DNA of 64,000 bases, taken from the sequence record SRR20825006_1225; one strand, written 5' to 3'. The translations under genes were made by a program, and so were the position numbers. The first letter of the stretch is position 1. Every line of letters starts with the position of its first letter. The notes beneath the pieces are model-generated. The model was not told the origin of the DNA. It saw nothing but the letters and a program-made list of their open reading frames with translations, and searched no databases. This document shows positions 28,868-39,024 of the stretch, one piece after another.

Positions 28868-30144
28868 GAAAGATGTTTTAGACCTTTAGCTCCAATATCT
28901 CTTCTGTAATATGCTTGTTCGAAATGAATTTTACTAATCTGTGAGTATGCGGTATCAATAGCTTCTTGAAGAGTTGAACCTTGAGCAACAACATTTAGAA
29001 CACGTCCACCATTTGTGAGCAATTTTTTGCCTTCTAACTTGGTACCTGCATGAAATACAATAGCATCTGTAACTTCATCAATACCCGCTATTTCTTTGCC
29101 TTTTGCATAGCTCTCAGGGTAGCCACCAGATGCAAGAACAACCGTGCAACGATATTCATCATCTAGAATGATTTCTGTTTCTGAAAGCCGACCTTCAGTA
29201 CAAGCAACTATAACTTCCAACAAATCTGATTGCATCGCAGGAACAATTACTTGGCATTCAGGATCACCAAATCGGCAATTATATTCTACCACTTTAGGAC
29301 CTTCTTCGGTAATCATCAAACCAACATACAGTATCCCTTGATAAGGATACCCTTCGGCTTTCATACCATCGATGGTTGGTTTAATAATGCTCTTTTCAAC
29401 TTCCGAGAGAAGCTCTGAAGTTACTATTGGCGCCGGGGAATACGCTCCCATTCCGCCAGTATTTAGGCCTGTATCACCTTCGCCAATACGTTTATGATCT
29501 TGTGCATTCCCAATAATTTTGAAGGAATTTCCATCACAAATTGCAAATACTGAAGCTTCTTCTCCAACCATAAATTCTTCTATCACAAGGCGAGAAGCTG
29601 CCTCGCTAAGCGAACCTGATTGAAGTTCTTTTAGTGCTTTTAAAGTTTCTTCTTTGGTTTCTGGGATAAGAACTCCTTTCCCTCCTGCCAAACCATCTGC
29701 TTTTAAAACTACAGGGTATTTATTTTGCTTGATGATGTAATCTGCGGCTTTTTCAAACTCATCAATAGCAAACACTTGGTAAGCTGCTGTAGGAATGTTT
29801 TGCCTATGCATAAAGTCTTTGGCAAATTCTTTACTGCCTTCGAGCATTGCTGCTTGTTGTTTTGGTCCAAAAACAGCTTGGCATTGCTCTTCTAGGAAGT
29901 CCGCAATACCGTCTACCAAAGGCTGTTCTGGCCCAACAACAGTTAAATGAATAGAATGCTCTTGAATGAAAGATAATACTGCTTGATGATTGGTTACATC
30001 AAGAAGTACATTTTCGCCAAGTGATAAAGTACCTGGGTTACCAGGAGCTATGTAAAGTTTATTGAGTTTCGTTGACTTTGCAATTCCCCAAGCCAACGCG
30101 TGCTCTCGCCCACCGCTGCCCAGTAACAGTACGTTATACTTCAT
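28864..30144 (-). CDS. purD: Phosphoribosylamine--glycine ligase
   Basis: 'GSGGREHALAW', 'LEGSKEFAK', 'KADGLAGGKGV', 'NTGGMGAYSP', 'RFGDPECQ'. Confidence 0.98.
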   Translation of the reverse strand: MKYNVLLLGSGGREHALAWGIAKSTKLNKLYIAPGNPGTLSLGENVLLDVTNHQAVLSFIQEHSIHLTVVGPEQPLVDGIADFLEEQCQAVFGPKQQAAMLEGSKEFAKDFMHRQNIPTAAYQVFAIDEFEKAADYIIKQNKYPVVLKADGLAGGKGVLIPETKEETLKALKELQSGSLSEAASRLVIEEFMVGEEASVFAICDGNSFKIIGNAQDHKRIGEGDTGLNTGGMGAYSPAPIVTSELLSEVEKSIIKPTIDGMKAEGYPYQGILYVGLMITEEGPKVVEYNCRFGDPECQVIVPAMQSDLLEVIVACTEGRLSETEIILDDEYRCTVVLASGGYPESYAKGKEIAGIDEVTDAIVFHAGTKLEGKKLLTNGGRVLNVVAQGSTLQEAIDTAYSQISKIHFEQAYYRRDIGAKGLKHLS

Positions 30145-30146
30145 TC

Positions 30147-30914
30147 TTATGATAATTTTTCAGCAGTAGTAATAATTTCTGAGAAAGCTTCAGCACTTAA
30201 ACTTGCGCCACCAATTAGGCCACCATCAACATCTGTCTGGCCTAACAATTCTTCAGCGTTGCCTGGTTTCATACTGCCACCATAAAGTATACGTATAGCA
30301 GAAGCTGTTTCTTCGTCGTAGATACCTGCTATAATAGCTCGGATATAAGCATGCATTTCTTGAGCTTGTTCTGGGCTTGCGGTTTCACCTGTGCCAATAG
30401 CCCAAATTGGTTCATATGCAACTACAACATCTAAAGCTTCAGTAGAAGAAATACCACGAAGCGCAATCTTAATCTGATCACTCACTAAATCGAAATGAAC
30501 ACCTGACTTTCTTTCTTCTAAAGTTTCACCAACACAAATAACAGGAACTAGAGAATGAGCTAGAGCTTTATGAGCTTTCTTATTTACTAACTCATCAGTT
30601 TCTCCAAAATACTCACGGCGTTCAGAATGGCCAATTAATACATAGTTACAACCACTTTCTTCAAGCATTGTTGCGCTTATTTCGCCTGTATACGCACCGT
30701 TATCTTCGTAATGGAAGTTCTGTGCTCCTACCTGAATATCTGTATCGTGCAGGTAATTTACAGCCATAGAAAGAGAAACAAAAGGAGGGCAAACTAGCAC
30801 GTCTACATCTTCCGAAACTTCTGATTTTCTATTTTTTAAACCTTCTAGAAGCTCTGCAGCTTCGTTAGGTCCACAATTCATTTTCCAGTTGCCAGCAATA
30901 AGAAATCGACGCAT
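30147..30914 (-). CDS. tpiA: Triosephosphate isomerase (ATG at 30914; TTG at 30920 possible)
   Basis: 'AGNWKMN', 'GHSERR', 'AYEPIWAIGTG', 'LYGGS', 'GGASL'. Confidence 0.98.
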   Translation of the reverse strand: MRRFLIAGNWKMNCGPNEAAELLEGLKNRKSEVSEDVDVLVCPPFVSLSMAVNYLHDTDIQVGAQNFHYEDNGAYTGEISATMLEESGCNYVLIGHSERREYFGETDELVNKKAHKALAHSLVPVICVGETLEERKSGVHFDLVSDQIKIALRGISSTEALDVVVAYEPIWAIGTGETASPEQAQEMHAYIRAIIAGIYDEETASAIRILYGGSMKPGNAEELLGQTDVDGGLIGGASLSAEAFSEIITTAEKLS

Positions 30915-30916
30915 GA

Positions 30917-32281
30917 TCAATTTTCCTGATTTTTTTTGTTAATTATTTTATTAATTCCTTCTAGTACACCATCAAAATCTTCAGCAACATATTTTCTGCT
31001 GATAATCCCCTTCTCATCTACTAAGAATCGTGTTGGGATGATGGTAACATTCAATGTGTCTAATATGCTTTTTACATCGAAAGCGCCAGGCTTGGCAACA
31101 GGCCAAGGTCTATTTCTCTCTTCAAAAAAGGCATCCGCAGTAATAGCACTTTTCTCCAATGGAATGGTATAGAAGTTTATACCACTGTTTTGATAAAGTT
31201 GATGAATTACGAGCGCTCTATCAAATTGGGTCTGATACATTTGATTTGTAACAGGAGAAATCTCCAATATATATGCTGTACCTTTTAAACTTTCTGTAGA
31301 AATACTATCACCATCAAAAGTTACGAATTCGAAATGAGGCATTTTCTTCCCTGGAGACAGATACGTTAAATCATAGTCTAGTTTACCCGCCCATTCCATC
31401 GCAATTTCATCATTTTTATATTGGCGTTTGAACTTATCTAGTAACTCGGCCGACTTATCTACTCTTGAACTGTCGTAATAACTAACAATAATTACTTTGT
31501 CTAGAGCTTGTAGAACATCTTTATTTTTTGTTAAACTTTTTAATGAGTCTACAAAGTTTATCGAAGCATCAAAACCTTGTTTCTCTGCAATGAATTTTTT
31601 TCCAAAATCTGCTGCATTTGTAATCATTTGATCTGTTGTCAACGATTCATTCATTCGTTCTAGTAACAAATCATCGTTAAAACCTTTTAGAATTCTAATA
31701 GATTGTTTGGCGCCAAGACTTGCTGCAATAGTACTAGGATATTCTTTATAGACATCCCAATAAAGATCACTCCATTTATGAATTTCATTTGATACCAAAG
31801 AGTCAGCGATTGCTCCACCTCTCAAATAAATTAGTACTCTACTAAATCCAGTATCTACTCTCCTAAAAATCTGAACAGCTCGTTCCTCTCTAGAATCAAC
31901 TTTAAAATTCCCAGCTAAACCAGGTAGTTCGCCAGATATTGAAAGTGTATCGTTTGCAGATAGCAAAATCTGAGATCTCATCAAGTTAACACCGTTTCTA
32001 CTTACAACAAGTGGATAAAGCCCTTGAGAAGGAACGTTCACTGTTCCACGAAGAAAACCAGAAGTATCTGTTTTGCTAATAAAAAGAGTATCGGCTTGGT
32101 CGGTTCCTTTTGAAAAATCTAGGATGAGTACCTGAATACCAGAGTAATTACCCGTTGCATCAACAGAGTCGGCAACCGTTATTTTTGCATTAATCTCTGA
32201 GGTTCCCTTTTCGGTTCCATTTCCACAATTAACCAACATGATAAAGGCGGCAATTGCCAACCAAAATGTTTTAATCTTCAT
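30917..32281 (-). CDS. Lipoprotein with C-terminal TlpA/ResA-like thioredoxin fold lacking CxxC
   Basis: Lipobox 'LVNC'; 'PGKKMPHFEFVTFDGDSISTESLKG' and 'IPTRFLVDEKGII'. Confidence 0.7.
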   Translation of the reverse strand: MKIKTFWLAIAAFIMLVNCGNGTEKGTSEINAKITVADSVDATGNYSGIQVLILDFSKGTDQADTLFISKTDTSGFLRGTVNVPSQGLYPLVVSRNGVNLMRSQILLSANDTLSISGELPGLAGNFKVDSREERAVQIFRRVDTGFSRVLIYLRGGAIADSLVSNEIHKWSDLYWDVYKEYPSTIAASLGAKQSIRILKGFNDDLLLERMNESLTTDQMITNAADFGKKFIAEKQGFDASINFVDSLKSLTKNKDVLQALDKVIIVSYYDSSRVDKSAELLDKFKRQYKNDEIAMEWAGKLDYDLTYLSPGKKMPHFEFVTFDGDSISTESLKGTAYILEISPVTNQMYQTQFDRALVIHQLYQNSGINFYTIPLEKSAITADAFFEERNRPWPVAKPGAFDVKSILDTLNVTIIPTRFLVDEKGIISRKYVAEDFDGVLEGINKIINKKNQEN

Positions 32282-32305
32282 AGTGTATTCTAATTCTTTG
32301 ATGAA

Positions 32306-33754
32306 CTAGCCTTCCAGTTTTTTAATAATCATTTGCGTTATCATCTTGGGATTAGCTTGCCCTTTAGATTCTTTCATTGCTTGACCAACAAAAAAGCCCA
32401 TTAATTGCTTTTTACCTTCTCTATAGCGCTGAGCTTCATCGGGATTATTAGCAATAATTTCGTCTACTAAAGTTTCTAGAAACCCTGTATCTGAAACTTG
32501 AATCAAGTTCATTTCTTTGGCTAATACTTCAGCTTCTTTATCAGAAGTTAGCATAGCATTAAAAACTTCTTGAAGTGCTGACGAATTAACTTTGTCGTCT
32601 TCTTTCAGTTTAATTAAGTCAGCTAATCGCTCTGGCGAAATGTTAAACTCACCAATATTGATACTTTGTTCATTTAAAACACGTAAAACTTCACTTAAAA
32701 CAACATTAGAAGCTGCTTTTGGATTGCCCGCAAATTTTGCTACTTCTTCAAAGTAATCTGCTAAATACCTATCCTCAGTAATAGTAATAGCATCAACGGC
32801 ACTCATTCCATATTCTTCAACAAAACGTTTTTGGCGAACATCTGCTAACTCTGGGAGTTCTGCTTTAATTTCGGCAAGAAGCTCTTCACTTACAATAATT
32901 GGTGGTAAGTCTGGTTCTGGGAAATATCTATAATCGTGTGCTTCCTCTTTAGAACGCATAACACGAGTTTGCATTTTTGTTGTGTCCCAAAGGCGAGTTT
33001 GTTGTACAACTTCTCCTCCACCTTCAATCAATTCAATTTGGCGGTAAATTTCAAACTCTATAGCTTTTTCAACATTTCTGAAAGAGTTCATATTCTTGAG
33101 TTCAGTTCTTGTACCTAACTTTTCTTGGCCACGTAGACGAACAGAAACGTTAGCATCACAACGCAAACTTCCTTCTTCCATATTCCCATCACAAACCTCT
33201 AAATACTGTACAATTTGCTTGATTTTTGTAAGATATGCATACGCTTCTTGTGGAGTACGGAGATCTGGTTCCGAAACTATCTCGATAAGCGGAGTACCTG
33301 CCCGATTTAAATCAACCAGCGTGTTATATGGGTCTTGATCGTGAATGGATTTTCCAGCATCCTCTTCCATATGAATTCGAGTGATACCAATTCGTTTATC
33401 ATATTCTTCCAGTTCAATATCTAAGAAACCTTCAAAACAGATAGGTGTATCGAATTGGGAAATCTGATATCCTTTCGGTAAATCAGGATAGAAATAATTC
33501 TTTCGAGCAAAAATCGATTTTGGAGCAATACTACAGCCCGTTGCCAAACCCATTTTTATAATGTAGCGCACCAAATTTTCGTTTACTACAGGCAGTGTTC
33601 CGGGGTGACCTATACAAAGTGGTGTAATTTGAGTATTAGGTGCTTCACCGTATTGTGCTGCAACAGGTGCAAAAGCTTTACTTTTGGTCAATAACTGGGC
33701 GTGTACCTCAAGGCCAATTACAGCCTCGAAACGTTCGTGGGCAATGGTGCTCAT
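32306..33754 (-). CDS. gatB: Asp-tRNA(Asn)/Glu-tRNA(Gln) amidotransferase subunit B
   Basis: 'IGLEVHAQL', 'RKNYFYPDLPKGYQISQ', 'HMEEDAGKS', 'DYRYFPEPDL'. Confidence 0.98.
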   Translation of the reverse strand: MSTIAHERFEAVIGLEVHAQLLTKSKAFAPVAAQYGEAPNTQITPLCIGHPGTLPVVNENLVRYIIKMGLATGCSIAPKSIFARKNYFYPDLPKGYQISQFDTPICFEGFLDIELEEYDKRIGITRIHMEEDAGKSIHDQDPYNTLVDLNRAGTPLIEIVSEPDLRTPQEAYAYLTKIKQIVQYLEVCDGNMEEGSLRCDANVSVRLRGQEKLGTRTELKNMNSFRNVEKAIEFEIYRQIELIEGGGEVVQQTRLWDTTKMQTRVMRSKEEAHDYRYFPEPDLPPIIVSEELLAEIKAELPELADVRQKRFVEEYGMSAVDAITITEDRYLADYFEEVAKFAGNPKAASNVVLSEVLRVLNEQSINIGEFNISPERLADLIKLKEDDKVNSSALQEVFNAMLTSDKEAEVLAKEMNLIQVSDTGFLETLVDEIIANNPDEAQRYREGKKQLMGFFVGQAMKESKGQANPKMITQMIIKKLEG

Positions 33755-33878
33755 TAAATACTTGTTTCTGAATCGTGGTTTATTAAGCCCCTAAGATATT
33801 AAAGTTGCACATCAGATATTAAACTTAATGTCATAAAAAGAAGATTAGCGTCTTATGGTAGCTAAAATATCTTCATAA

Positions 33879-33908
33879 TATGAATATTGTGTCTGTTCAA
33901 TATTCATA
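33879..33908. repeat. Perfect 11-bp inverted repeat, possible terminator of the aguB-aguA-methyltransferase unit
   Basis: TATGAATATTG-tgtctgtt-CAATATTCATA, 7 nt past the stop of 33916..35082. Confidence 0.6.
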
Positions 33909-33915
33909 GCTTACT

Positions 33916-35082
33916 TTATTCGATTTTTCTTAATAACGCTACAAACATGGTATCAGCGTTTTTGTCATAGCCTTTTAGCAGACTACTTTCTTCCACTTCT
34001 AAGCCAAGATGTTCTTTGAAAAACTGAATATTATCTTCGTTTTCTTCTCTAAATGCAGAACAGGTGCTATACAGTAAAAAACCGTTCTCTTTTATTTTAG
34101 AAACTACATTTGTTACAATTTTACGCTGAAGAGACACATAATCTGAGATTTTATTCTTCTCAAAATAGTACAATTGCTCTGGTGTTCTTCCCCAAGTTCC
34201 ACTTCCGGTACAAGGTACATCGGCCATTACAAGGTCGTAACTTCCATCTCCTTGAACAGCATTCGGTACAGATAGATCTACCACAAATTCTTTGTATCCA
34301 GAAATTCCAGCATCGTTAAATCTCTTTTTAAGATTCGCCAATATGGATACTCGAATATCAGAAACAGAGAGTTTTATCTTCGGGTTTAAATCAAAAGCCA
34401 TAATTGACTTTCCACCACTTCCTGCACAGCAATCCCATACTTTAGAATTTTCTTTGTATAAACCTTTTTCTAAAAGCTCCCCAACCTTCTGTGAGTTATA
34501 ATCTTGAACAACCGCTACTTTATTTAGCTGAATTACATCATCTAGCCTAGTGCCATTTGGTAGAGAAATACAAGAGTCCGAAACTCTTTCAAAGCTAATT
34601 TGTTCTTTCCCTAATTTACTAAGCACGTTTTTCTCGTGTTTAGGTCTCAACCGAATGAACAAATTTGGCTGTTCGAAAAATGAGGCACAATACTGGTCAT
34701 ATTCTACATCCTTGCTTAACTCACCCTTCCATGGAAAAACATCCGTTATTAAACTCTCTTCCTTCAAAAACTCCAATTTCTCTTTTACGGTAAAAGAAAC
34801 ACTATCTACCCACTCTGGTTTTATTTCGTCCAAAATTGGATTTGTCTCGCTAGAGCATAGAAAAAGGCCTATCAAAACTCGATCACTAATCGATTTAGAT
34901 TGCGCCATTTTTCCCAACCTAAAAAAGCAGTAGCATAAATGACTAACCTGTCTTCTATCTCTTGACCCGTATTTCTTGTTGGCTTTAAAAAAAGCTTTCA
35001 AATGAATTGAGAACGGCTCTTTACCACTGTAATTAGTAAGAATTTTTTCGGCAGAATTTAAATACGAATGGTAACGGCTCAT
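33916..35082 (-). CDS. RsmB/NOP2 (Fmu/Sun)-family RNA m5C methyltransferase
   Basis: 'WDCCAGSGGKS', 'DVPCTGSGTW', 'YSTCS', N-terminal 'KYGSRDRR'. Confidence 0.9.
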   Translation of the reverse strand: MSRYHSYLNSAEKILTNYSGKEPFSIHLKAFFKANKKYGSRDRRQVSHLCYCFFRLGKMAQSKSISDRVLIGLFLCSSETNPILDEIKPEWVDSVSFTVKEKLEFLKEESLITDVFPWKGELSKDVEYDQYCASFFEQPNLFIRLRPKHEKNVLSKLGKEQISFERVSDSCISLPNGTRLDDVIQLNKVAVVQDYNSQKVGELLEKGLYKENSKVWDCCAGSGGKSIMAFDLNPKIKLSVSDIRVSILANLKKRFNDAGISGYKEFVVDLSVPNAVQGDGSYDLVMADVPCTGSGTWGRTPEQLYYFEKNKISDYVSLQRKIVTNVVSKIKENGFLLYSTCSAFREENEDNIQFFKEHLGLEVEESSLLKGYDKNADTMFVALLRKIE

Positions 35083-35159
35083 TAGATATGGCTTTCAAGA
35101 TTTATAAATTGGAATGTATAAGGTAATGATGATTTTAAACTCATCAACTATTTAGAATT

Positions 35160-36200
35160 TTAAATTCCGTACCACTGCTGGGTGATGCAATGAATAGAAC
35201 CTTGCCCCCACACTAAGTCTGCACAATCAATTCCTATTACTTTACGAGTCGGGAAATATATAGATAGTAAATCGATGGCTTTCTGATCGTACCTCTTGTC
35301 ATAAAGAGGGAGTAAAACAACACCGTTGGCTATATAGAAATTAGCATAACTTGCGGGTACATATTCCGAGCCATCAACGGTAGTTCCTTCAATTTTTGTT
35401 TGGGGTAGCGGAAGGGTTTCGATATTCAAAGATCTTCCACCTTTAAGCCGAACAGATTTCAAAATTTCTAGATTCTCTTGCAGAGCCAAATAGTTTACAT
35501 CGGTTTTGTCTTCAGAAATCATCGTCAAAACGGTGTCTTTATTTAAAAATCGTGTGATATCGTCAATATGTCCATCCGTGTCATCCCCTTCCAAACCATC
35601 TTTCAACCAGATTACTTGATCCAGCCCAAGATATTTTTTTAGGTGTTCTTCAATATCCAGCTTCGACAAGTTCGGATTTCTATTCTTATTTAACAGAACG
35701 GATTCTGTGGTAAGCAAAAGACCCTCACCATTTACATCAATAGAGCCGCCTTCAAGAATCATATTCGGTTCAATCTTGTCAATCCCAAACTTGCTAGCGA
35801 TATAAGTTGGTAGATAATTATCAGCATCGAATGGAGGATATTTTTCGCCCCAAGCGTTATACCCCCAATCAAGGATTACAGACTCACCTATTTCATTTTG
35901 CACAAAAATAGGTCCACAATCTCTTGCCCAAACATCGTTTACTTTTTGAGTATGAAGAACTATTTGAGATAAGTCTATATCACATTCATACATCAATTGA
36001 GTTGCTCGTTCCTCAACTATTGAATCGGCGACGAATAAATGAATGGGCTCATAGTTATGTAAAGTTTTTATGATATTTAGATAAACCTTTTCCACTCTTA
36101 CTAACCGTTCAGCAGGCCAAGTTTCATTATTAGATGGCCAATGCAATTGTGTAGCCGAATGTGTTTCCCATTCCGCTGGCATTTTTAAATTCAAATCCAT
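35160..36200 (-). CDS. aguA: Agmatine deiminase / peptidyl-arginine deiminase family
   Basis: 'MPAEWE', 'WARDCGP', 'LEGGSIDVNG', 'DTDGHIDD', 'GSIHCITQQ'. Confidence 0.88.
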   Translation of the reverse strand: MDLNLKMPAEWETHSATQLHWPSNNETWPAERLVRVEKVYLNIIKTLHNYEPIHLFVADSIVEERATQLMYECDIDLSQIVLHTQKVNDVWARDCGPIFVQNEIGESVILDWGYNAWGEKYPPFDADNYLPTYIASKFGIDKIEPNMILEGGSIDVNGEGLLLTTESVLLNKNRNPNLSKLDIEEHLKKYLGLDQVIWLKDGLEGDDTDGHIDDITRFLNKDTVLTMISEDKTDVNYLALQENLEILKSVRLKGGRSLNIETLPLPQTKIEGTTVDGSEYVPASYANFYIANGVVLLPLYDKRYDQKAIDLLSIYFPTRKVIGIDCADLVWGQGSIHCITQQWYGI

Positions 36201-36236
36201 TCTATTTTAATTAGGCTATAATTTTGGAAGCAATAT

Positions 36237-37118
36237 TTAAGACTCAATCGTTCTTTTGGTGATACCATTGTACATATCAATTCGTCGATCTCTAAAAAAT
36301 GGCCAGGTTTTACGCTGACTTTCGATAGAACTTAAGTCGCATTCCACAACTACAATTTCTTCTTTCTCGCCAGCTTTAGCTAATATTTGGCCAAAAGGTG
36401 CCGCTACAAACGAGCCCCCCCAAAATTTTGTACCCGCCTCTTTGCCAACACGATTAACAGATGCTACAAAGCAACCATTAGCAATAGCGTGGCTACGCTG
36501 TATCGTTTCCCAAGCATCATGAAATTCAGCTTTTTCTTTTTTGCTTTCCGAAGATAGAGTTCCAATTGCGGTTGGGTAAAATATAATATCAGCTCCTTTT
36601 AGCGCCGTAATTCTTGCGGCTTCAGGAAACCATTGATCCCAACATATCAGAGTTCCTACCTTCCCGTATTTGGTTTTAAATACTTTAAAACCCGATTCTT
36701 CATCTCCAGGTGTAAAGTAGTATTTCTCGTAAAATCCGGGATCGTCAGGAATGTGTGTTTTCCTATAATTTCCTAAAATATCTCCATCGGCGTCTATTAC
36801 AACTAGCGAATTATGATAAACCCCCGAGCTTCTCTTCTCAAAAAATGGTGCAATAATAACCACATTCAACTCAGCAGCAAGCTCCGACAAGCTCTTTGTT
36901 ACTTCTCCATCTAGGGGTTGTGCTAAGTCAAAGTGTCTTTCTTCGTAGTTAACACAAAAGTATTGAGTATTAAATAGTTCTTGCAAACAAATTATTTGCG
37001 CGCCTTTTTCGACGGCATCTCTTATCAGGCCCATTTGCCGGTAGAGATTCTCTTTAGGGTTTTCATCGCAATGAGTTTGTATTAAACCCAGCTTTACAGT
37101 GTGATTGATATTTTTCAT
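36237..37118 (-). CDS. aguB: Carbon-nitrogen hydrolase, N-carbamoylputrescine amidase-like
   Basis: 'LQELF', 'YRKTHIPDDPGFYEKYYFTPGD', 'ICWDQWFPEAAR'; adjacent to agmatine deiminase. Confidence 0.85.
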   Translation of the reverse strand: MKNINHTVKLGLIQTHCDENPKENLYRQMGLIRDAVEKGAQIICLQELFNTQYFCVNYEERHFDLAQPLDGEVTKSLSELAAELNVVIIAPFFEKRSSGVYHNSLVVIDADGDILGNYRKTHIPDDPGFYEKYYFTPGDEESGFKVFKTKYGKVGTLICWDQWFPEAARITALKGADIIFYPTAIGTLSSESKKEKAEFHDAWETIQRSHAIANGCFVASVNRVGKEAGTKFWGGSFVAAPFGQILAKAGEKEEIVVVECDLSSIESQRKTWPFFRDRRIDMYNGITKRTIES

Positions 37119-37220
37119 AGCTAAAAATACGAAATCGTAATCAATTTTAGATTTTCTTTTTCATCAAAACTTCATTTTTGGCAACGATATTAAGGTAGTT
37201 CCTTTAGAGAACGTTAATAA

Positions 37221-37234
37221 TAAAAGCGCTTCCA
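37221..37234. promoter_or_regulatory. LacI-type operator candidate upstream of pckA
   Basis: TAAAAGCGCTTCCA; its reverse complement matches the 53154 site at 12/14. Confidence 0.5.
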
Positions 37235-37346
37235 TAAAGATACTAAAAAGCTTTAAATGTTAATCAAATCTCTGTTTAAGAGGTTAAAACTCTATACTCA
37301 AATGCTTACCTTAAAAGGACCATACAAACCTATTGAAACAGGAGCT

Positions 37347-38951
37347 ATGAAAGCTGACTACGACGTACATCCAAAAAGCCATATTGGGCTTGACTATTTA
37401 GGACTTGATAACAATAAAGAGGTATACTGGAATCTAAATCCATCTGAGCTTTATGAACATGCTATCCTCCACGGAGAAGCAATTTTAACTAAAGACCATG
37501 CGCTTTTAGTACATACAGGGAAGTTTACTGGTCGTTCTCCAAAAGATAAATTTATTGTAGAGCAAGATTCTATTCGCGATGAAATTGATTGGGGCGCTGT
37601 AAACCAGCCAACAACCCAGGAAGTATTTGACAAATTATTTGTTAAAGTACAGAACTACCTAAGTGACAAAAGACTATTTGTTAAAGATGTTTTCTGTGGT
37701 GCCGACCTAGAAAATAGATTAAATGTTCGTGTTGTAAGCGAAGTAGCATATCACGCTTTATTTACACACAATATGTTTATTAGACCTTCTAACGAAGACC
37801 TTGCTAAGCATAAGCCTGAGTTCACCGTACTTGCTGCTCCATTTTTTGAAGCCGACCCTGCTGTAGATGGAACCAGATCGAGCACCTTTATTTTGTGTGA
37901 CTTCGAGAAGAAAATTATTCTTATTGGTGGCACGATGTACTCTGGGGAAGTGAAAAAAGGAATCTTCTCAGTAATGAATTACCTCCTTCCTAAAAAAGGT
38001 GTAATGGCTATGCACTGTTCTGCAAACCATGACGAAACTGGTAAAACTGCAGTATTTTTCGGACTTTCAGGTACAGGTAAAACTACTCTATCTGCTGATC
38101 CAGACAAAACCTTAATTGGTGATGACGAACATGGCTGGAGTGATGACGGTATCTTTAACTTTGAAGGTGGTTGCTATGCAAAAACCATAAACTTGTCTGA
38201 AGAAGGCGAGCCAATGATTTACGCCACCACAAAAATGCCAGGTACTATTTTAGAGAATGTAATTCTTGATAATAATAGAGAACCTGATTTTGATGACGTA
38301 AGTCTTACTGAGAACACTAGATGTTCTTACCCTATTGACTTCATTCCTAATGCTAGTGAATCTGGCTGTGGTGGGCATCCTGAGAACATCATTTTCTTAA
38401 CTTGTGATGCTTTCGGTGTGTTACCTCCAATCTCTAGATTAACTCCTGAGCAAGCTATGTATCACTTTATTAGTGGTTATACTGCAAAAGTTGCAGGGAC
38501 AGAACGTGGTATTACAGAACCTCAAGCAACTTTCTCTGCTTGCTTCGGCTCTCCATTTATGCCCCTTCACCCAACAGTATATGCTGAGCTACTTGCTGAA
38601 AAAATTCGCAAGCATGGTTCAAAAGTATGGCTAGTTAACACAGGCTGGACAGGCGGCGTTTACGGCGTTGGCTCTAGAATGAAACTATCCTTCACAAGAA
38701 AAATGCTTACTCAAGCAATAGATGGACAGCTCGATGATGTGGAATATGTAAAGGATCCAATTTTTGGCTTCCAAGTTCCTATTCAAATCGATGGCGTTCC
38801 TTCTAAGCTTCTTATTCCAAGATATACTTGGGATAATGCTGGTGAGTATGACGCTAAAGCCCGACAGCTTGCTAGTATGTTCATCAAAAACTTTAAGAAA
38901 TATGAAGAACAAGCTAGTAAAGAACTCATGGCAGCTTCGCCACAAGTTTAA
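37347..38951 (+). CDS. pckA: Phosphoenolpyruvate carboxykinase (ATP); ATG at 37347 preceded by GGAG preferred
   Basis: 'TGRSPKDKF', 'MHCSAN', 'FFGLSGTGKTTLS', 'IGDDEHGW', 'NFEGGCYAK'. Confidence 0.98.
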   Translation: MKADYDVHPKSHIGLDYLGLDNNKEVYWNLNPSELYEHAILHGEAILTKDHALLVHTGKFTGRSPKDKFIVEQDSIRDEIDWGAVNQPTTQEVFDKLFVKVQNYLSDKRLFVKDVFCGADLENRLNVRVVSEVAYHALFTHNMFIRPSNEDLAKHKPEFTVLAAPFFEADPAVDGTRSSTFILCDFEKKIILIGGTMYSGEVKKGIFSVMNYLLPKKGVMAMHCSANHDETGKTAVFFGLSGTGKTTLSADPDKTLIGDDEHGWSDDGIFNFEGGCYAKTINLSEEGEPMIYATTKMPGTILENVILDNNREPDFDDVSLTENTRCSYPIDFIPNASESGCGGHPENIIFLTCDAFGVLPPISRLTPEQAMYHFISGYTAKVAGTERGITEPQATFSACFGSPFMPLHPTVYAELLAEKIRKHGSKVWLVNTGWTGGVYGVGSRMKLSFTRKMLTQAIDGQLDDVEYVKDPIFGFQVPIQIDGVPSKLLIPRYTWDNAGEYDAKARQLASMFIKNFKKYEEQASKELMAASPQV

Positions 38952-38969
38952 CCTACTTGTAACAAAATT

Positions 38970-39004
38970 AAAGCCCGCTTCATTAAATGAAGTGGGCTTT
39001 TTTT
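38970..39004. terminator. Intrinsic terminator between convergent pckA and prfA
   Basis: AAAGCCCGCTTCAT-taa-ATGAAGTGGGCTTT followed by further Ts. Confidence 0.85.
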
Positions 39005-39024
39005 ATACCGAAAATTTTAAGTTT

